In this document: positions 34,855 through 39,778 of the stretch, in pieces | Layout: each line of letters starts with the position of its first letter | How positions within the stretch are numbered: position 1 is the stretch's first letter | Virus record (IMG/VR): IMGVR_UViG_3300044840_000038 | Span: 1 to 39,778 of that record | Length of the DNA: 39,778 nt | Reading direction: 5' to 3' (one strand) | DNA from: a virus | Lineage: Duplodnaviria > Caudoviricetes | Position numbers and translations under genes: made by a program | Notes under the pieces: generated by a model | Seen by the model: the letters and a program-made list of their open reading frames with translations, nothing else | Database searches by the model: none | What the model was told of the DNA's origin: nothing

Positions 34855-35210
34855 TGCCTCTCTACACTCCAACTGTTAGCGGTGATGCTTATACCGTAAT
34901 ATCCGGTACTACCCAAACCATCTCCAAAACCACTAACTACTTAGCTAACAATGCGGCCCAGGTGGTCTTCAGCTTGCCTGCTTCCTCAGTTGTTGGTGAT
35001 TACTTCAGTGTTGTTGGTAAAGGAGCTGGAGGGTGGAAAATCGCTCAACTCGCCTCTCAACAGATTCACATGGGCGCTAGTAATACGACCATAGGTACCG
35101 GTGGTTCGCTTTCTTCAAACTCCATCCGAGATGCGGTGCGGCTGGTCTGTACCGTTGCAAATCTGGAATGGAATGTGATATTCAATGTCGGAAGTACGGT
35201 GGTGGTCTAA
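34854..35210 (+). CDS. Fibre-repeat virion protein
   Basis: LPA...GD...V.G.GAGGW.IAQ motif of phage fibre modules. Confidence 0.55.
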   Translation: MPLYTPTVSGDAYTVISGTTQTISKTTNYLANNAAQVVFSLPASSVVGDYFSVVGKGAGGWKIAQLASQQIHMGASNTTIGTGGSLSSNSIRDAVRLVCTVANLEWNVIFNVGSTVVV

Positions 35211-35866
35211 TGTCATTTTTTGGTAAACAAATTCAATGGAGTACCCAGTTTGAGAGTCTAACTCGGTATGATTATGTTGCTCCCAATGGTAATGGTGCCG
35301 GTACCAGCGTAGTCGCGACCGGCGCAAAGCTCTGTATTGGTAATACTAACCCTGGGGGCCAAGCCGTATTAGATGATCCTTATACCTACAATGGTTACGG
35401 TGTTGTCTCTCGTAACCCGGAGTTCTATGCCGTGGTAGCCATCAAAGAGGCGGGCGGCACTCGTTCTCAGCAAACCTGGGACTCATATGTGGTAGCAGGT
35501 TTTCTAGGGAGCCCACATAACGCTACCTATGGCCAGGCCCATTTCGGTTTTAGATTCAGTGAAAATTCGGGAGTAATCACCATCCAAGCAACCTGTGGGC
35601 CCGGAGTTGCCCCATTTACTCCCACTCAGACTACCATTGTGCCGCCGACTGGGGACGGGACGAATACGAACACCTACTATGCCAAGATGATTTCAGGGGA
35701 TCACATTGATTTCTACATCAATGGCACTTTGGTCGCGACTCATACGACCAGTCTCCCTGATCCCTCACAAGCGATCCAACCATTCGGGTCGTATATCTAC
35801 GCAGATTTTGGGAGTGCCCCGGATTATCTATTAATTAGCCAGGCTGGGTTCGCCTTCGATCAATAA
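35210..35866 (+). CDS. ConA/lectin-like virion protein
   Basis: ATG at 35210 (TAATG coupling); IDFYINGTLVATHTT. Confidence 0.55.
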   Translation: MSFFGKQIQWSTQFESLTRYDYVAPNGNGAGTSVVATGAKLCIGNTNPGGQAVLDDPYTYNGYGVVSRNPEFYAVVAIKEAGGTRSQQTWDSYVVAGFLGSPHNATYGQAHFGFRFSENSGVITIQATCGPGVAPFTPTQTTIVPPTGDGTNTNTYYAKMISGDHIDFYINGTLVATHTTSLPDPSQAIQPFGSYIYADFGSAPDYLLISQAGFAFDQ

Positions 35867-38184
35867 TGAATCCAAACTTTGCAGATGAAGTCCAGAAGAA
35901 GCAAGCAGCGGCTAAGGCTGCTCAAGATGCCCATGCCAATCAGCAGAAAAACCTTCGGGGGAGCGACGCTATCCAAAAAGCTGTCATTGAAGGGGCTAAG
36001 GCCAACATCAAGCACCGCGCCCAACACGAGCCCAAGGTCGAGGTTAAGAACCTTCCTCAAGATCTAGCCAAGACCGGTGATCTTAACCACGTTGTCGATA
36101 GCATTAATAAGATGAATGTAACTACCTTCATGTCTAACAGTGGTTTCCAGGAAATGGCTACCACCATGCAGCATCTTCAAGAAGAGGTTAGGAATGTCCA
36201 ACGCCAGCTAGCTGACCAGGGGCTAACCAGTATGAGCGACAACTTTAAGGCCCTAGTCACGCGCCTAGAGGCCGTCTCCAAGGCTCTTACCGGTACCAAG
36301 GTCAATCTTGATAGTGGGGTGACTCAGTCGATTGATGCCCTAAAGACTGCTATTGACGGAATGGATTTCAACCCCCAGGTTCATGTAGCCGCCCCTGAAG
36401 CTAAGGTAGTAACCACACCGATTGATCTTAAACCTGTTATTACGGCCCTCGGTGAGGTGAAGCAAGCGATCAAAGACTCTGAATCTTCTGAGGCTCCTGA
36501 TGACTATACCCCTATAACCGATGGGTTGGCTTCGCTCGAGGATACTTTCAAGAACCTGCGCTTCCCCTCTTCTAACTTTATCCTTCCGTTTAAGAAAACC
36601 TCTGGAGCGGCTAGCCAGGTACAGTTAGATGCTAGTGGCAATGTCCCGGTGACTGTTTCTGGTGGAACTGGTGGAACTCAATACACTGACGGGGCTGTAC
36701 CCCCTGCTAACCCTATCGGTAATGCTCTAGTTTTTGGTGATCAAGGTGATAATACCTGGGATTACGTCTCTTTAGCTAATGGGCTACCAACTAGTCCACT
36801 GATGGTACCGGCTGACTTCTACCCAGCCTATAACAACATTGCTAATGGTGGCTTGCCGTTACGCACAGACGCTACAGGGAGTTTAGCGGTCGGTGCAGCC
36901 GTCACCACCGATCAGGGAAGCGGAAGAGGCAACTGGACTGGCTCAGCTATTAGTTTTAGCCCTGGTTCAGCCACATTTGTTAATGGTTCAACGGCTCTCA
37001 CCGGTACCGGGTTCTCGACGCAAGATATTCACTACTTAGACTTTATTAAACTAAGTGCTGACCCTGAAGCTGATTGGGTGCAGGTTATTTATGTCAACTC
37101 CGATACCTCAATAACCTTGTCAGCTCCTTACCCTGGCACATCAGCGACTGGTGCTTTTGACATTGCTCGCGCCATCACCTCTACCGGTGCTGGAGCTACT
37201 ATATCCGTAGCCTCGGGACAGCTTACCTTAGCCGCAGGTACCACCAACGCTTCCGCCAGTGCGGTGTATAAGGTTTTAACCTTTCCGCCTTTTCAGAATG
37301 TTACGGCTACAAATCGAATTTCCATCTCACAACGTATTGCCAACCAGGACATATACGTAGGCTTAGAGCAGAAGATAGCCAGTTCTAGGTACTTTGTGCG
37401 GTTTCACTTTAGCGGTACCACCAACACTCAGGTAATTACTGAGAGTGGGTATAACCCTACAGGGGTTCCTAGTGCGGCCGAGACCGAGACAAACACTGTC
37501 ACATTACCCACCGGCGCCACCACAGCTTCGTTGAATGTTTATAAGGTTGACTACCAGTACGACCAAGCTATCTTTTCCATCAACGGTGTTATTGTAGCTA
37601 CTCATTCAGCCCGCCTCCCTCAGATATGGGCCCAGAACATTAATAACCAGATTAGAGTTGTGAACAACGCGATAGTCACTAACACGAACATCATCAATGA
37701 CTACATGTTCACTCGCAGCTACTCTCGGATAGACACCTACCCTTCTGGCGCGGCGCCTATAAATCTCACCTCTTTAAATGGTTTGACCATCTCAACCTCT
37801 AACCCGTTACCTACGGCTCAGATCGCCCCAATTGGCAACGGGTTCACCTCAACTCACTACATTTCAGCTAACACTACCAATGCTACTAGTGTGAAAGGCA
37901 GCCCCGGAGATATTGGCGGGATTCAAGCCTACAACAATACCGCGACGATTGGATACTTAAAACTTTACGATAAAGCCTCAGCTCCGACCGTTGGTACCGA
38001 TATACCGGTTAAGACAATTCTCATCCCGGCAAACACTTCAGGTGCAGGGACCAACATCTCCTTCGCTTCCCCGGGCGTTAGTTTCATCAACGGGATCGCC
38101 TTTGCTATAACTGGGTCAATTGGCGATGCTGATACCACCGTTGTGGCTGCGAATGCCTTTGTAATTAACTTGGACTCTAAATAA
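35866..38184 (+). CDS. 772-aa fibre-like protein (coiled-coil N-terminus, beta/lectin-like C-terminus)
   Basis: Heptad-like N-terminal ~230 aa; FSINGVIVATH lectin motif; C-terminal YLKLYDKA..PTVGTD.P domain. Confidence 0.6.
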   Translation: MNPNFADEVQKKQAAAKAAQDAHANQQKNLRGSDAIQKAVIEGAKANIKHRAQHEPKVEVKNLPQDLAKTGDLNHVVDSINKMNVTTFMSNSGFQEMATTMQHLQEEVRNVQRQLADQGLTSMSDNFKALVTRLEAVSKALTGTKVNLDSGVTQSIDALKTAIDGMDFNPQVHVAAPEAKVVTTPIDLKPVITALGEVKQAIKDSESSEAPDDYTPITDGLASLEDTFKNLRFPSSNFILPFKKTSGAASQVQLDASGNVPVTVSGGTGGTQYTDGAVPPANPIGNALVFGDQGDNTWDYVSLANGLPTSPLMVPADFYPAYNNIANGGLPLRTDATGSLAVGAAVTTDQGSGRGNWTGSAISFSPGSATFVNGSTALTGTGFSTQDIHYLDFIKLSADPEADWVQVIYVNSDTSITLSAPYPGTSATGAFDIARAITSTGAGATISVASGQLTLAAGTTNASASAVYKVLTFPPFQNVTATNRISISQRIANQDIYVGLEQKIASSRYFVRFHFSGTTNTQVITESGYNPTGVPSAAETETNTVTLPTGATTASLNVYKVDYQYDQAIFSINGVIVATHSARLPQIWAQNINNQIRVVNNAIVTNTNIINDYMFTRSYSRIDTYPSGAAPINLTSLNGLTISTSNPLPTAQIAPIGNGFTSTHYISANTTNATSVKGSPGDIGGIQAYNNTATIGYLKLYDKASAPTVGTDIPVKTILIPANTSGAGTNISFASPGVSFINGIAFAITGSIGDADTTVVAANAFVINLDSK

Positions 38185-38423
38185 TGACTGATAACTTTAC
38201 AATCTTAGACGTTGATACTACGGGGCATGTGTCTCTGGACATAAATATCCAAGGGGTAGACTACAATCAAGACGTAGGCGGTATGCGAGTTGACACCGGG
38301 GCCCACCTCTTGGCTGATGTCGCGGCTTACTGTGGTAGTTATCGCACCGGCTTAACGCCTCCTCCCCCTCCCACACTGCCAGCGGATGTTCAGGCTCTAA
38401 TCAATCTGCCAGAGACCTTCTAA
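38184..38423 (+). CDS. 79-aa hypothetical protein
   Basis: Coupled ORF between the fibre genes. Confidence 0.6.
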   Translation: MTDNFTILDVDTTGHVSLDINIQGVDYNQDVGGMRVDTGAHLLADVAAYCGSYRTGLTPPPPPTLPADVQALINLPETF

Positions 38424-39778
38424 ATGGCTACTCAGACTGTAGTAGTCGGAGGAGGCAACTGGTCGGCTGGAGCTACGTGGTCTACTGGCTCTGTGCCTGC
38501 TGCTGGTGACGATGTAGTCGTTGCTGCTACCTCTGGTAATCTAACGATAGATGTCAATACCAACACTATTCGTTCATTCATTGAATCAGTTGGTTATGCT
38601 GGAACCATTACGCATAACGCTGCCGTAACACTTAATATTGGGGGGGCTTCAGCCCCCGTAGGCAATATTGCTGTAACATTGTTGGGTGGTTCAACCTATA
38701 CAATTCTGAACGCCACCACCTCGGCAATCTCTATAGCCGATACCTCAGCCGCCACCAACACGTATAACTTTGCTGGTAAAACGCTTGGTAATGTGACCAT
38801 TAACAACGGCACGACCACTACCACGCAGCTATCGACGAACGGGTTTACTATCGGAGCTACGGCCATAGTGACTCTAACGCAAGGGAAATTTGATACTAAT
38901 GGTCAGACCTGCTCCTGGGGATTCTTTAGTAGTACTGGCAGTGCTACTCGTACCCTTGCTATGGGTTCGTCAGCTATTACTATAACCGGTGGTAGTGGAG
39001 CAGTCTGGAATACAGTTGGCAGTGGAACAATAACTGGTTTAACAATTAGCACCAATACAGCCATCGTTACTATGACGGGTACGGCTGCTAATTTCAGGGG
39101 CGGAAATATAAATTACAATGGCACTTCTCTAGTCTATTCAGGTAACGGATTAGGCGGTACTGGTGGCGATACATTCGGAACATTTAATAATGTTACTTAT
39201 ACTGGTAGTGCCAGTAAGTTATGCCAGTTCTACTTAGGCAGTAACTTAACAGTAACTGGGACATTAACAATAACTGGTAATTCTGCGACGAATAGAGTGC
39301 TGGTTTTTAACCTTACTGCTATTGGTACCCCAATTACAATAACTGCTGCCGCTGTCTCAATCACCAATTGCGACTTCCAGGACATCACCGGCGCTGGTGC
39401 TGCGTCTCCCTTTACCGGCACCTCACTTGGTAATTGTCAGGGTAATTCTGGCATTACCTTTGATACTCCAGTAACCCAAACAGCTACTGGCACCGCCTCT
39501 TTTACCTGGTCAACTCATGGTTGGACGACTCGAGTCCCACTGCCCCAAGATAATGTGGTGGTTAATAACGCTTTTGTAGCTGGCCGAACAGTAACCATGG
39601 ATATGCCCCGGCTTGGCAAAAACATTGATTTTAGTGGTGCTACGGGTGCACCAATAATCAGTTGGGGGAGTAATCTAAGTTCGTTTGGCGACATTACGAT
39701 GGCTGCCAATGTATTGCCAGCTGGTGGTACTTTTGTATGGAACTTAGCTGGTCGTGGGTCCCAAACAATCACCAATAA
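38424..39778 (+). CDS. 5' part of the 910-aa beta-helix fibre/adhesin (continues at 1..1505)
   Basis: Open frame from ATG 38424 (MATQTVVVGGGNWS...) to the window end; missed by the ORF track because it has no stop in the window. Confidence 0.85.
   Translation, partial: MATQTVVVGGGNWSAGATWSTGSVPAAGDDVVVAATSGNLTIDVNTNTIRSFIESVGYAGTITHNAAVTLNIGGASAPVGNIAVTLLGGSTYTILNATTSAISIADTSAATNTYNFAGKTLGNVTINNGTTTTTQLSTNGFTIGATAIVTLTQGKFDTNGQTCSWGFFSSTGSATRTLAMGSSAITITGGSGAVWNTVGSGTITGLTISTNTAIVTMTGTAANFRGGNINYNGTSLVYSGNGLGGTGGDTFGTFNNVTYTGSASKLCQFYLGSNLTVTGTLTITGNSATNRVLVFNLTAIGTPITITAAAVSITNCDFQDITGAGAASPFTGTSLGNCQGNSGITFDTPVTQTATGTASFTWSTHGWTTRVPLPQDNVVVNNAFVAGRTVTMDMPRLGKNIDFSGATGAPIISWGSNLSSFGDITMAANVLPAGGTFVWNLAGRGSQTITN
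39652..39778. repeat. 127-bp terminal overlap identical to 1-127
   Basis: Exact match. Confidence 0.97.

Overview
This looks like a complete, circularly assembled tailed-phage genome of about 39,651 bp: bases 1-127 repeat exactly at 39652-39778, and one ORF runs through the join. It reads in the standard genetic code with a P22-like podovirus layout. The + strand late arm is terS-terL-portal-scaffold-capsid (21.8-27.4 kb), then a ~6.4 kb glycan module, a run of Ser/Thr-rich fibre or decoration proteins, adaptor/nozzle/C1q tail genes, three ejection-type proteins and a lysis cassette. The glycan module has 4 glycosyltransferases, a methyltransferase and a complete FnlA/QnlA/QnlB-like pathway for a UDP-6-deoxy-L-HexNAc sugar. 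The - strand early arm (14.4-21.5 kb) has NinG, wHTH, KGG, SSB-like, Gp157-like and RHH genes, two Ala-repeat paralogues and two exported wall hydrolases. I recognise no integrase, polymerase, primase, helicase or Rep. A Saccharibacteria/CPR host is suggested but not shown. Best leads: (1) a probable virion-glycosylation system that makes its own rare sugar, with an apparent ATT start on the epimerase; (2) a fixed-geometry late-gene element (-10 box, 8-9 nt, GGGCG, 13-14 nt, start codon) at five module starts, with an antisense copy in a structured RNA at ~13.75 kb; (3) a ~370 bp structured non-coding locus with a G-quadruplex motif, a candidate origin or ncRNA. All protein calls come from motifs read by eye; no searches were run.
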